A DNA stretch of 47,480 nt from an uncultured Candidatus Saccharibacteria bacterium (GTDB taxonomy: Bacteria; Patescibacteriota; Minisyncoccia; Portnoybacterales; UBA2143). The DNA lies in contig CAYQQO010000003.1 in assembly GCA_964420115.1 (NCBI GenBank), positions 1-47,480 of the forward strand, written 5' to 3'. The position numbers and the translations under genes are program-made. Position 1 is the first letter of the stretch; every line of letters starts with the position of its first letter. The notes beneath the pieces are model-generated. The model ran no database searches, was not told the origin of the DNA, and was given only the letters and a program-made list of their open reading frames with translations. Below, piece after piece: positions 37,760 through 47,336 of the stretch.

Positions 37760-38751
37760 TTTACTTTCCTTAAAAACTGAGCGGCTTTTTCCGGCTCAAT
37801 AGTTGATATTTCAACGCCTGCTCCCAGTTCAAAACCAGCCCAAATAGCTGTTTTGGGCATAATATTAATATGCCAGTGATAATGCTCATAACTATCCCCA
37901 TCTCTGGGGGCTGTGTGCAAATAAAAGTTATAGGCCGGATCATTGAGTCCTTTATAAACCCGGTATAACGCTTCCCTTAAAGCGTCAGAAAAAAACTCTT
38001 TTTCTTTTTCGCTCATTTTTTCAAAATAAGGCATATGCTTTTTAGGGTAAACTCTCACTTCAAAAGAAACCTGCGGAGCAAAAGGACACAAAACAACAAA
38101 CTGATCGTTTTCATAAATTATTCTTTGGCCGTCCTTGATACCCCACTCCAGCATAGCGCAATAAACGCACTCGCCCTGACTGCGATAAAAAGATTCCGCT
38201 CCATCCATACTGCTTCTTAAATCAGGATCGATTACCGGAATGGCGATCAACTGCGAATGAGGATGAGCTACTGACGCTCCCGCCTCCTGCCCATGATTAT
38301 GGAAAATGGAAATATATCTAATAAATTTTTTGCCAATAAGCTCAAGATATCTTTCTTGATAAAGATCTATAACCGTTTTTATCTCCTCGTTTGAAAACTG
38401 AGCCATTTGCTTGTCGTGGTCAGCCGTAATAATTACTTCATGATAACCAACCCCGTCCATTACTCTGTTCGGCCCTTCTTTTCTTTCGCCAAGAGAATCT
38501 GCCGGTGAAAAAGCTGGATATTTATTAGGGATAGAAATAACAAACCAGGAGCCGTCTTCTTTATCTCGGCGAGAAAGTTTCTCTTTTATATTTTCTTCCT
38601 GGCAAAAGGGGCATTTGTTTTTAGGAACAACCTGCTTATTCCTTTCGTTTTTAGCAAAGCTTTCCGGACGCCTAGCTCTACCAGTGGCAATAACCACCCA
38701 GTCATTGGAAACCAGATCCATCCTTAACTCTGAAGGAATTTTTGTCTTCAT
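37756..38751 (-). CDS. galT: Galactose-1-phosphate uridylyltransferase (HIT-like)
   Basis: WVVIATGRARRP, CPFC, PNKYP, AGASVAHPHSQ, GFELGAG. Confidence 0.92.
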   Translation of the reverse strand: MKTKIPSELRMDLVSNDWVVIATGRARRPESFAKNERNKQVVPKNKCPFCQEENIKEKLSRRDKEDGSWFVISIPNKYPAFSPADSLGERKEGPNRVMDGVGYHEVIITADHDKQMAQFSNEEIKTVIDLYQERYLELIGKKFIRYISIFHNHGQEAGASVAHPHSQLIAIPVIDPDLRSSMDGAESFYRSQGECVYCAMLEWGIKDGQRIIYENDQFVVLCPFAPQVSFEVRVYPKKHMPYFEKMSEKEKEFFSDALREALYRVYKGLNDPAYNFYLHTAPRDGDSYEHYHWHINIMPKTAIWAGFELGAGVEISTIEPEKAAQFLRKVK

Positions 38752-38756
38752 ATTTT

Positions 38757-39527
38757 TTATGCTGCCTTAGCTTCTTTTTTAGAGCCAGACGATAAATTAT
38801 ACTTGCCTCTTATCAAATTCCACCTAACTTTAAATAATTCTCTAAAAGTATTAAGATACCCCCTTAAATTAACTTTGCTCCCCGGCTGGTTAACCCAGTA
38901 AACAGGGATAATCCCTATTTTATAACCCAGTTTTCTTGCCAAAGCCAAGGCTTCTATATCAAAGCCCCAACGATTAATTTTAGAGCGGCTGAAAATATCA
39001 TGCGTCGCTTTGGCGGAAAAAGCCTTAAAGCCGCATTGAGTGTCCCAAACGCCCGGGACAGCCAATAATTGGATTAAAATATTGCCCGTATTGCCCAACT
39101 GCCTTTTCAAAAATGCTTGGGGCACCGCTTGTTTGGCGCCGGGCGCGTCTTTCCTATCCCGCGAACCAATAACAATCTCATAGCCTCTATCAAAAAACGG
39201 CTTCATTCTTTCAAAATGATCAACCGTTGTTGCGTTATCAGCATCCATAAAGAGGCGGATTTGACCAGCCGCTCCTAACATCCCCTGCCTGACAACCCAG
39301 CCCTTGCCGTGATTTTCCTTATTATCAATTAATTTTAAATTCTTAACCAATTGACTAAATTTATTGACTACTTGAGCAGTTTTATCTTTTGAACCGTCGC
39401 TAACAACAATAATCTCATAAGAATAATCCTGCTCGCTTAAATAGCGATCAACAGCCAATAATGTACTGCCAATTCTTTTTTCCTCATTATAGGCCGGAAT
39501 GACTACTGATAAATAAATTTTGTCCAT
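38757..39527 (-). CDS. GT2 polyprenyl-phosphate glycosyltransferase (Alg5/DPG-synthase-like)
   Basis: VIPAYNEEKRI, NHGKG, FMDAD, DTQCGFKAF, WGFDIEAL. Confidence 0.9.
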   Translation of the reverse strand: MDKIYLSVVIPAYNEEKRIGSTLLAVDRYLSEQDYSYEIIVVSDGSKDKTAQVVNKFSQLVKNLKLIDNKENHGKGWVVRQGMLGAAGQIRLFMDADNATTVDHFERMKPFFDRGYEIVIGSRDRKDAPGAKQAVPQAFLKRQLGNTGNILIQLLAVPGVWDTQCGFKAFSAKATHDIFSRSKINRWGFDIEALALARKLGYKIGIIPVYWVNQPGSKVNLRGYLNTFRELFKVRWNLIRGKYNLSSGSKKEAKAA

Positions 39528-39609
39528 ATATTTTTAAACCGCCACCCCCCATAAAAGAATGTGATTTTTTCTTGAATTATAACATATTTTTATAATACAA
39601 TACAAAAGT

Positions 39610-40071
39610 ATGAAAACCCAGTGGAAAATTATTTTATTAGTTATTGTCTTTAGTATGTTTTTTTGAATATGCTCTGCGCGGTTTTAAAATGCTGATTAGC
39701 AACCCGGCAATGGCTATTTTTATTCTATTTGTCTATATTTCTGAATTCGCAATGATAAACTATTTCATACAAAAATACAAAATGAGAGATTACCACCTTG
39801 CCCTTTTAGCTTTTTTATTCTCTATAAACTCCTATCAAAGAAAAAACCAGAGCCCCTCTATTTTCAAAAAAGAAAGTTTATCAACGCCTTGGCAATAATA
39901 ACCATTATTGTATTTACTATCGGGTTGTTTGCTCCGTACAACCCAACACTTGTCAGCGGATACCACCCCGTCAACCAAATCTCCTTTATAATTATCTATA
40001 TTTGGACAATTGTTTTATCAATTCTAATACCCGGCTACTGAATAGCTTTTAAAAAACCAATACCAATATAA
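39610..40071 (+). pseudogene. Decayed paralog of membrane protein 30844-31632
   Basis: MKTQWKIIL, frameshift in T7, FEYALRG...RDYHL, internal deletion, then FQKRKFIN...GY*IAFKKPIPI. Confidence 0.75.
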
Positions 40072-41049
40072 ATGAAATTCCATATTAAAACATATGGCTG
40101 CCAAATGAACGAATCAGACAGCCAAAAAATAGCCAATCAATTAATAAAAGAAAAAAATCAGCCGGCCAAAAAATTAGAGCGGGCTGATTTAGTAATAATT
40201 AATGTTTGCTCTGTAAGACAGTCAGCAGTAAACAGAGTTTTTAGCCGAATTAAAAAAATAAGGAAGGGAAACAAAAAAGCAAAAATTATTTTAACCGGCT
40301 GTATTTTAGAAAAAGACAAAAAACAATTTAATAATCTTGTTGATGAAATATGGCCAATCACTGACTTAAAAAGAAAAACATGCCCTCCAAAAAATAAAGC
40401 CTATCTCCCTATTATGGCTGGTTGCAACAATTTCTGTTCCTACTGCGTTGTTCCCTACACAAGAGGCCGTGAAAAATCAGAAAAAGCGGAAGAAATCATA
40501 AAAGAAGCAAAAGAATTAATCAAAAAAGGGCACGAAGAAATAACTCTTCTCGGCCAAAATGTAAATTCATATAAAAGCGGCAAATACAACTTCCCCAAGC
40601 TTCTTGAATCAATTAATAATCTACCCGGCAATTTTAAAATCAAATTTCTCACCTCCCACCCGAAGGATATATCAGACCGACTAATAAAGGTTATTGCCAA
40701 AAGCAAAAAAATATCAAAAGAAATTCATTTACCGCTTCAGTCAGGCGACAATAAAATTTTAAAAAAAATGAACCGCGGATATACCAAAGAAGATTATTTG
40801 AAATTAATCAAAAAAATAAGAAAAGCTATGCCCAAGGCAAAAATCTCCACTGATATTATTGTCGGCTTTCCTCAGGAAACAGAAAAACAATTCCAAAATA
40901 CCGTTGATTTAATAAAAAAAATTAGTTTTACCCACGCCTATATCGCCGCTTATTCGCCCAGAGCCGGCACCGCCGCTTCCAAGCTAAAAGACGATGTCTC
41001 CCCCAACGAGAAAAAAAGAAGAAAAAAAATACTATTGGGAATGTTTTAA
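40072..41049 (+). CDS. miaB: MiaB-like radical SAM methylthiotransferase without TRAM domain
   Basis: TYGCQMNESDS, NVCSVR, GCNNFCSYCVVPYTRG, LGQNVNSY, STDIIVGFP. Confidence 0.85.
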   Translation: MKFHIKTYGCQMNESDSQKIANQLIKEKNQPAKKLERADLVIINVCSVRQSAVNRVFSRIKKIRKGNKKAKIILTGCILEKDKKQFNNLVDEIWPITDLKRKTCPPKNKAYLPIMAGCNNFCSYCVVPYTRGREKSEKAEEIIKEAKELIKKGHEEITLLGQNVNSYKSGKYNFPKLLESINNLPGNFKIKFLTSHPKDISDRLIKVIAKSKKISKEIHLPLQSGDNKILKKMNRGYTKEDYLKLIKKIRKAMPKAKISTDIIVGFPQETEKQFQNTVDLIKKISFTHAYIAAYSPRAGTAASKLKDDVSPNEKKRRKKILLGMF

Positions 41050-41124
41050 AAAAAGAAAGCGCACGTGTTGCCGCGCGCCTTCGTTTATGTGTCTTTCTTT
41101 CCGCATTCCCATCTCATTAGAAAA

Positions 41125-41574
41125 CTAAGCTGGCATTGCCTCCATAGCCGCTTCTACCCCCTTAAAGAAATTAAAGATATTACCATAAAAACATCCCAAA
41201 AGAGCAATCCTTAGAGAATTACCCAAAAGCATAACAGGAAAAACATAACGATATCCGAAAACTCGCCCCGAAACAAGAGCAATCTCCTTTATCCAGGGGA
41301 CAAACGGAACTATAACACAAATAAAAAGTCCCCAATACCCCCATCTTTTCACTATTTTAGATACCCTTGTCTCCATTTTCTTCCATTTTTCAAGTCTCTC
41401 CACTATCTTGTCAACAACAAAAAAGCTGAAAGAAAAAGCTATACTGCTAATTATTACAGAAAAAAGAATCGCCTCTTTTTGAGAAAAACCACTCAACATC
41501 CAGCCGCCAACACCTGTATCAGTATAAAGAATCGTATGCCCTGCATTCAACAGAAAAAGCATTCCTCTCTGCAT
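41125..41574 (-). CDS. Hypothetical membrane protein
   Basis: GGGGG SD; hydrophobic segments; KRWGYWGLFICVIVPFVP. Confidence 0.6.
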   Translation of the reverse strand: MQRGMLFLLNAGHTILYTDTGVGGWMLSGFSQKEAILFSVIISSIAFSFSFFVVDKIVERLEKWKKMETRVSKIVKRWGYWGLFICVIVPFVPWIKEIALVSGRVFGYRYVFPVMLLGNSLRIALLGCFYGNIFNFFKGVEAAMEAMPA

Positions 41575-41923
41575 CGCGCCCCCCTTTTTTTTACCTGCTA
41601 TTTAGGATTAAAAGAACTATTGCTAATATAAAAGGCCGCTCCTTGAATAGCCTTTTAAAAAAATACCAGGCGCATTTGGCGCGCCACTCGACGCTTCTCT
41701 ATATCTATACAGACAAACCACCGACAAAACCCGCCGCAGTCGACCGCATATCTTCATTAAAGCCCTTATTATTCCCACATTTAGAGAACCCCTCGGCATC
41801 AGTAAAGAATTGAGCGCCTGCATAAAAGCACCTTTATTTCTTTTAAGACCTCCTCCAAGAGTCCCGGAAAGCGGTTAAAAAGAAACTATGCCCTATGTTT
41901 TTATTCTATAAAAAAAGAAAAAA

Positions 41924-42844
41924 ATGTCAAAAATTTATCCACAAAGAAGAAAAACATTCCCAGACAACAAACTCATTGTTGTTTTAGGCCCGACTGCTTC
42001 AGGAAAAACTGAATTATCTATTAAGTTGGCTCAAAAATTTAACGGGGAGATTATCTCTGCTGACTCAAGGCAAATTTACAAAGAGATGAACATTGGCACA
42101 GCTAAACCAACAGAAAAAGAATTAAAAAAAATTCCTCACCACCTTATTAGTATTGTAAAACCCGATGAAGAATTCACTCTGGCTCAATTTAAAAAAACAG
42201 CTGTTGAAATTATTAAAGACATACAAAAAAGAAAAAAACTGCCTTTCTTAGTCGGCGGCACTGGACTCTATATCCAATCAATAGTTGATAATTTGGGAAT
42301 CCCAGGAGTAAAACCTGATAAAAAGTTAAGAAATAAACTGGAAAAGAAAACAATTGAAAGTTTATCAAACCAGCTTAAAAAAATAGACCCTTTGGCTTCA
42401 AAAATAACAGGGCCCAATAAAAGAAGAATCATTAGAGCGCTTGAAATCTGCCTTAAAACAAAAAAGCCCTTCTCACCACAAAGAAAAAAAAAGAAGCCGC
42501 TTTTTAATATTTCACAAATTGGATTAAACCCAAACAAAGAAACGCTTATAAAAAAAATAGACAAACGGACTGAAAAAATGATTAAAAAGGGGATGGTTAA
42601 AGAAGTAAAAAAGTTGTTAAAAAAATATTCTCCTTTGCTTCCGGCAATGTCAGGCATTGGCTATCAGGAAATAATTCAATATTTAAATAATGAAATTTCT
42701 TTAGGAAAAGCGGAAGAACTAATCAAATTACATACTCTCCAATATACAAGAAGGCAGATGACATGGTTTAAACGCGACAAAAGAATTAAATGGATTAAAA
42801 ATTATTCCCAAGCTGAAAAATTAATTAGAGATTTTCTTTTCTAA
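41924..42844 (+). CDS. miaA: tRNA dimethylallyltransferase
   Basis: GPTASGKT, ISADSRQIY, IGTAKP, VGGTGLY, RRQMTWF. Confidence 0.96.
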   Translation: MSKIYPQRRKTFPDNKLIVVLGPTASGKTELSIKLAQKFNGEIISADSRQIYKEMNIGTAKPTEKELKKIPHHLISIVKPDEEFTLAQFKKTAVEIIKDIQKRKKLPFLVGGTGLYIQSIVDNLGIPGVKPDKKLRNKLEKKTIESLSNQLKKIDPLASKITGPNKRRIIRALEICLKTKKPFSPQRKKKKPLFNISQIGLNPNKETLIKKIDKRTEKMIKKGMVKEVKKLLKKYSPLLPAMSGIGYQEIIQYLNNEISLGKAEELIKLHTLQYTRRQMTWFKRDKRIKWIKNYSQAEKLIRDFLF

Positions 42845-44275
42845 AATTTTTCTGACTACTCCGGGATTGGCCTGTCCCTTTGAAGCTGCCATCACTTTAC
42901 CCACCAAAAATTGAAGGGCGTTTTCTTTTCCCGCCTGGTAATCCTTGACCGGTTGAGAATTTTCATTAATCACCTTATCAACAATCCCCTCTAAGGCTGA
43001 TTGGTCGCTGACCTGATGAAGTTCTTTAGTTTCAACAATATGAGACGGGTCAGCCCCTGTTTCAAACATTTCTTTCAAAACTATTTGAGCGGCAGAACTT
43101 GATATTTCTTTTTTGCCGACCATGGAAATAAATTCGGCAAAGTTTTCCGGGCTAATCTGACAATCAGCCATTTTAATTTTGTTCTGCCAAAGAAGTTTTT
43201 GCAGTTCTGTAATAAGATAGTTAGCGGTTAACTTAACAAGCGGCTGCCTGTTGCTGATTGACTTTATCCCCATCCATGTTTGCAGCTCTGAAACTACCTG
43301 TTCAAAATAATCAGCTAAATCTTTATTAGCCGCTAAAATATCAACATCTGCTTTTGGCAATTGGTACTGGTCCACAAAACGATCTTTCTTAATATCCGGC
43401 ATTTCCGGCAATGTTTTTTTAATTTTATCAATTTGTTCTGTTTTAAAAAGTAAAGGAGGCAAATCCGGCTCCGGAAAATAACGGTAATCATGGGCTTCTT
43501 CTTTTGTTCTTTGAGAAAAAGTTTTTTGCCTGCCATCATCCCACCCTCTTGTTTCTTGAACTATCTCATTTTTTTCTCCCAGCATTTCTGTTTGTCTTTT
43601 AATTTCGTAGTCAACAGCCCGTTCAACAGCCCGAAAGGAATTAAGGTTCTTTATTTCTACCTTAGTTCCTATTCTCCTACCTGATTTAAGAGATATATTA
43701 ACCTCGCATCGCATCTGCCCTTTTTCCATATTCGCTTCTGAAACATCCAAATACCTTAAAATTAACTGCAGTTTTTCGCAAAACTGTTTGGCTTCTTTTC
43801 CCGATTTAATGTCCGGCTCAGTAACAATCTCCATTAAAGGCAAACCAGCCCTGTTAAAATCAACCAAAGAATAACCAGCTCCTTTTGGATGTATCAACTT
43901 GCCAGTATCTTCTTCCAGATGAATTCTGGTTATTCTAATTCTTTCTCCGCTAACTTCTAAAAAACCGCCTAAAGACAAAGGCATATCATATTGGGAAATT
44001 TGATAACCTTTGGGCAGATCGGGATAAAAATAGTTTTTACGGTCAAACTTGGAAAATTGAGGAACTTGGCAATTCAAAGCCAAAGCGGTTTTAATTACTC
44101 CCTCCACCGCTTTCTGGTTTATTACCGGCAGACTGCCGGGCTGGCCGGTGCAAACGGGACAAATATGGATGTTTGGCTCTTTACTATCTGAATCATTAAG
44201 ACAGCCGCAGAACATTTTACTTTCTGTTTTCAGTTCAACGTGTATTTCCAAACCGATTATTGGTTGATAGTCCAT
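42821..44275 (-). CDS. gatB: Asp/Glu-tRNA amidotransferase subunit B
   Basis: IGLEIHVEL, RKNYFYPDLPKGYQISQ, HLEEDTGK, YRYFPEPDL; SD-supported start at 44275. Confidence 0.97.
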   Translation of the reverse strand: MDYQPIIGLEIHVELKTESKMFCGCLNDSDSKEPNIHICPVCTGQPGSLPVINQKAVEGVIKTALALNCQVPQFSKFDRKNYFYPDLPKGYQISQYDMPLSLGGFLEVSGERIRITRIHLEEDTGKLIHPKGAGYSLVDFNRAGLPLMEIVTEPDIKSGKEAKQFCEKLQLILRYLDVSEANMEKGQMRCEVNISLKSGRRIGTKVEIKNLNSFRAVERAVDYEIKRQTEMLGEKNEIVQETRGWDDGRQKTFSQRTKEEAHDYRYFPEPDLPPLLFKTEQIDKIKKTLPEMPDIKKDRFVDQYQLPKADVDILAANKDLADYFEQVVSELQTWMGIKSISNRQPLVKLTANYLITELQKLLWQNKIKMADCQISPENFAEFISMVGKKEISSSAAQIVLKEMFETGADPSHIVETKELHQVSDQSALEGIVDKVINENSQPVKDYQAGKENALQFLVGKVMAASKGQANPGVVRKILEKKISN

Positions 44276-44385
44276 AATATATCTTCTCCTTATTATATCC
44301 CTCTTTTTACAAAAAAGAAAAGCCCTGACTGAGTTTAACCCAATCAGGGCGAACTGCTTCGGCTTTGACACCTAAGCTATTTAAC

Positions 44386-45174
44386 TTAAGCGGTGATAGT
44401 CGTCTCCTTTTGTTTGCCCAGCCGCATCAGAGCGACAGCGTCGGTATGCTCGTAGACATGGAGATCCTTGCAGGAAGCGACAATAGCTCCATCAGCCACC
44501 TCAAGAGATTCAGCCATATACTCTTTCAACAGCTGAATACCGCCAAGATTGACAGGAAAGCCGCCCCATAAATCCCAAGAACGGAAATAGACCCAGAAAT
44601 GAAGCTTCCCCTCGTCAATCCACGTATCAATCCCGCGCAAACACTGCGAACTGGGACGATTTTGAGAATCTTTGTTCCAGAGGTTATCGCGAAAATACTC
44701 TTGCGTCACAACCCCTCTGCTTCTTTCGGAAATGAAAATCTGCTCACTGTAATCAACACTCCTATCATAAAAATAGAGCGTTTCAGGCCGGCCGACGGTC
44801 ATATAGCCGTGGTTGTTGCCAAATCCACCTTCTTTATAGTGCTTAATAACCCACTCCACCTGCCAATAAAGATCTTCGCCATAGGTGTAGTGTTCGCCCG
44901 GCTGTCTTACCGGAGTCATTAAATAACCCAGATACTCCTCAATATCTTCTTCAGTTGTTGGCGGCGGAATATTTGATCCTTCCGGCATCTGCGGAGCCAG
45001 GGGCCTTGTCCCGGGATATTTAATATTGATAACCAGAGGCAGAGCTGAACGGTGAATGCCTTCATAGCTCCCACTGGTGATCAAGTATCTTCTTCCCCCT
45101 GTCATCACTTTGTCGAGCGCTTGAAACCAGGCGTCTCCCAAATCAGTGGCCTCTATAAAGGTCAGTTTATTCAT
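44386..45174 (-). CDS. Thymidylate synthase-family protein (archaeal-like)
   Basis: HYTYGE, SQCLRGID, YFRSWDLWGGFPVN, LHVYE. Confidence 0.82.
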   Translation of the reverse strand: MNKLTFIEATDLGDAWFQALDKVMTGGRRYLITSGSYEGIHRSALPLVINIKYPGTRPLAPQMPEGSNIPPPTTEEDIEEYLGYLMTPVRQPGEHYTYGEDLYWQVEWVIKHYKEGGFGNNHGYMTVGRPETLYFYDRSVDYSEQIFISERSRGVVTQEYFRDNLWNKDSQNRPSSQCLRGIDTWIDEGKLHFWVYFRSWDLWGGFPVNLGGIQLLKEYMAESLEVADGAIVASCKDLHVYEHTDAVALMRLGKQKETTITA

Positions 45175-45189
45175 TCTTCTCTCCTCTTT

Positions 45190-45386
45190 TTATGGGTTGT
45201 GATAACTTCCTTTGGTCGCTATTACAGCTCCGTGAAAATCCGGTTCCTTCTCGCACCTTGAGCAATAAGGCGCTTGTTCGTAGAAACAACGCCCGCTTCC
45301 TGACATAGCACACCCGCCTGTTTTCCGAGCTCGTCTGGAGTTAAAATACTTTTTAACCCCATCGGTGTCTCAATTTGCTTAGGCAT
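45190..45386 (-). pseudogene. Probable frameshifted small CxxC protein
   Basis: SD-led MPKQIETP... frame; alternative frame reads CAMSGSGRCFYEQAPYCSRCEKEPDFHG...NP* ending before the next SD. Confidence 0.4.
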
Positions 45387-45389
45387 TTC

Positions 45390-45866
45390 TCATTCCCCCC
45401 TCTTTTTACAATTGAACTGACGGAAACCAATCCCCCTTTCGGCGAACAAGCGACGCACCTGGTGATTTTCTTCAGGGCTGTCGTATTCTTTCTGATAAAC
45501 AAACTCGCCGATGCCCAAATTAACCAGCATCTTCGCACAATCATAACAGGGAGTAAAAATACAATAGACTCTACAGCCAGACAGATTGATACCCTCGGTC
45601 GCTGCGTTAGCTATGGCGTTTGTCTCGGCATGCGCGCCTCGGCATTTGCCAGAACCAGCCGGCAGTTTTACGCCGTCTTTTTCCTTGGCGCAACCCACTT
45701 CCTGGCAATGGACCTCGCCTTTAGGCGGCCCATTGTAGCCAAAAACAATTGAACGATTGTTGTTTTTGACAAATGCGGCACCAACCTTGTAGTGTCTGCA
45801 AACTGATCTGCGAGATATTTCAGAAACAAAATTCATAAAAGTCTCATCCCAAAGCGGTCTTTCCAT
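45390..45866 (-). CDS. dCMP deaminase (ComEB/Dcd-like)
   Basis: RRSVC...VGA, GYNGPP, HAETNAI, PCYDC. Confidence 0.93.
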   Translation of the reverse strand: MERPLWDETFMNFVSEISRRSVCRHYKVGAAFVKNNNRSIVFGYNGPPKGEVHCQEVGCAKEKDGVKLPAGSGKCRGAHAETNAIANAATEGINLSGCRVYCIFTPCYDCAKMLVNLGIGEFVYQKEYDSPEENHQVRRLFAERGIGFRQFNCKKRGE

Positions 45867-45916
45867 TATTAGTCCTCCCTACTGTTTTATTGCTGTTAAG
45901 GAATTCAAAGGGGCAG

Positions 45917-46063
45917 CTATATTCTGCCCCTCTTCCAGTTGACTTTTTTGCGCGCTTCCCAGTCAATCCCGATCTGACAGTCCCGTCCGGAGCACTTTCT
46001 GATAAACTTTTCCCAAGCCCTTTGCAGTTTGCTCTTCTTGTTTCTCGCTCTTTTCTTCGCCAT
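45917..46063 (-). CDS. 48-aa basic small protein (below ORF-track cutoff)
   Basis: AAGGAG SD; MAKKRARNKKSKLQRAWEKFIRKCSGRDCQIGIDWEARKKVNWKRGRI*. Confidence 0.5.
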   Translation of the reverse strand: MAKKRARNKKSKLQRAWEKFIRKCSGRDCQIGIDWEARKKVNWKRGRI

Positions 46064-46117
46064 CTTATACTCCTTCTCTTTTTTTTATTAAGGAACCACA
46101 AAAACTGGATTCTTCAG

Positions 46118-46153
46118 CCAGCTTATTTTTCAAATTTTCAAAAAACAAGCTGG
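46118..46153 (-). terminator. Hairpin downstream of rplK
   Basis: CCAGCTTATTTTT...AAAAACAAGCTGG; no clear U-tract. Confidence 0.4.
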
Positions 46154-46164
46154 ATAAAGAAAAA

Positions 46165-46587
46165 TCACTTTACCTCAATGCCCATACTCCGGGCTGTGCC
46201 TTCAACAATTTTTTCTGCCTGCTCTGTTGAATAGGCGTTTAAATCAACCATTTTTTTCTCGGCGATCTGGCGAACTTGCTCTTTCGTCACTTTACCGACT
46301 TTGTTTTTATGCGGCTCGCCAGAGCCCTTGTCAATACCAGCCGCTTTTCTAAGCAAATCAGAAGCAGGCGAAGTTTTTAGTTTAAAATCAAAAGTCCTGT
46401 CTTCGTAAACAGTAATTTCTACCGGAATAACATCGCCGGCCATTTCTTTTGTTGCTTCATTAAATTTAGCGCAGAAATCTTGAATATTTAACCCGTGTTG
46501 ACCTAAGGCCGGCCCAATAGGCGGCGCTGGGTTTGCTTGTCCTGCTTGAACCTGCACTTTAACTATAGTTTTAATTGGTTTTGCCAT
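46165..46587 (-). CDS. rplK: 50S ribosomal protein L11
   Basis: [31 protein letters not shown]. Confidence 0.98.
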   Translation of the reverse strand: MAKPIKTIVKVQVQAGQANPAPPIGPALGQHGLNIQDFCAKFNEATKEMAGDVIPVEITVYEDRTFDFKLKTSPASDLLRKAAGIDKGSGEPHKNKVGKVTKEQVRQIAEKKMVDLNAYSTEQAEKIVEGTARSMGIEVK

Positions 46588-46591
46588 ATTT

Positions 46592-47134
46592 TTACATTTT
46601 TTTAACCTGCAAGAAATCTAATTCCACCGGCGTCTCTCTGCCAAACATTGAGACAAGAACTTTAATTTTACCTTTTTTCTCATCAATCTCTGAAATCTTC
46701 CCGTCAAAATCCTTAAATGGGCCGTCAACAATTTTAACCATGTCGCCAACAACCACATCAATTCTGTATTTGGGTTCTTCAACGCCCATTCTTTTCTCTA
46801 ACGATTTAATCTCTTCTTGGGCAATGGGTGTTGGCACAGTTCCTGCGCCAATAAAACCGGTAACTCGCGGAGTATTTCTGACCACATACCAAGAATCGTC
46901 TGTCACAATCATTTCAACTAAAACATAGCCGGGATAAATTTTTTCTTCAACCACCTGGCGCTTCCCTGACTTTATCTTTATTTTCTTCTCTGTTGGAACT
47001 AAAACATTAAAAATTCTATCTTCCATTCCCATAGATTCAATCCTTTGCCTTAAATTTCTGGCAACCGCTTCTTCGTATCCAGAATAAGTATGAAGGACAT
47101 ACCATTTTTTACCTTGTTCTACTTGTTTAGGCAT
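46592..47134 (-). CDS. nusG: Transcription termination/antitermination factor NusG
   Basis: [33 protein letters not shown] domain, [11 protein letters not shown]. Confidence 0.98.
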   Translation of the reverse strand: MPKQVEQGKKWYVLHTYSGYEEAVARNLRQRIESMGMEDRIFNVLVPTEKKIKIKSGKRQVVEEKIYPGYVLVEMIVTDDSWYVVRNTPRVTGFIGAGTVPTPIAQEEIKSLEKRMGVEEPKYRIDVVVGDMVKIVDGPFKDFDGKISEIDEKKGKIKVLVSMFGRETPVELDFLQVKKM

Positions 47135-47135
47135 A

Positions 47136-47336
47136 TTAAATTACAAAATTATTTAGTATCCAAATAAATAAAAAGTCCAGCCCGCCCAAAAAAATTGCCA
47201 CAACCAATGTCAGGCCGAATACTATCAATGTATATTTGATAGTATCTTTGCGAGTCGGCCAAGTAACCCGCTTTAATTCAATGCGGACTTCTTTCAAAAA
47301 TGTTACTAATCTGTTTGGTATATTTTTCAAATTCAT
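47136..47336 (-). CDS. secE: Preprotein translocase SecE
   Basis: FLKEVRIELKRVTWPTR plus TM; upstream of nusG. Confidence 0.95.
   Translation of the reverse strand: MNLKNIPNRLVTFLKEVRIELKRVTWPTRKDTIKYTLIVFGLTLVVAIFLGGLDFLFIWILNNFVI

Noticed and set aside
32110-40041. UGA recoding (code 25 or selenocysteine) suggested by in-frame TGAs at 32110 and 40039
   Set aside because: lepA, ftsX, prfB and rplK end at TGA at their natural C-termini, RF2 is present, and the 40039 TGA lies in an otherwise broken gene
41623-41860. 66-aa ORF and upstream GGAGGAGG
   Set aside because: SD is too far from the ATG and no frame gives a convincing protein; possibly a decayed gene but cannot be supported
6566-41943. 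DnaA boxes at 6566 and 41935 as a replication origin
   Set aside because: Isolated single boxes, no cluster, no dnaA/dnaN and no switch in gene strand bias
44386-45866. Prophage DNA-modification module
   Set aside because: No integrase, structural or replication genes nearby, and the flanks are housekeeping genes
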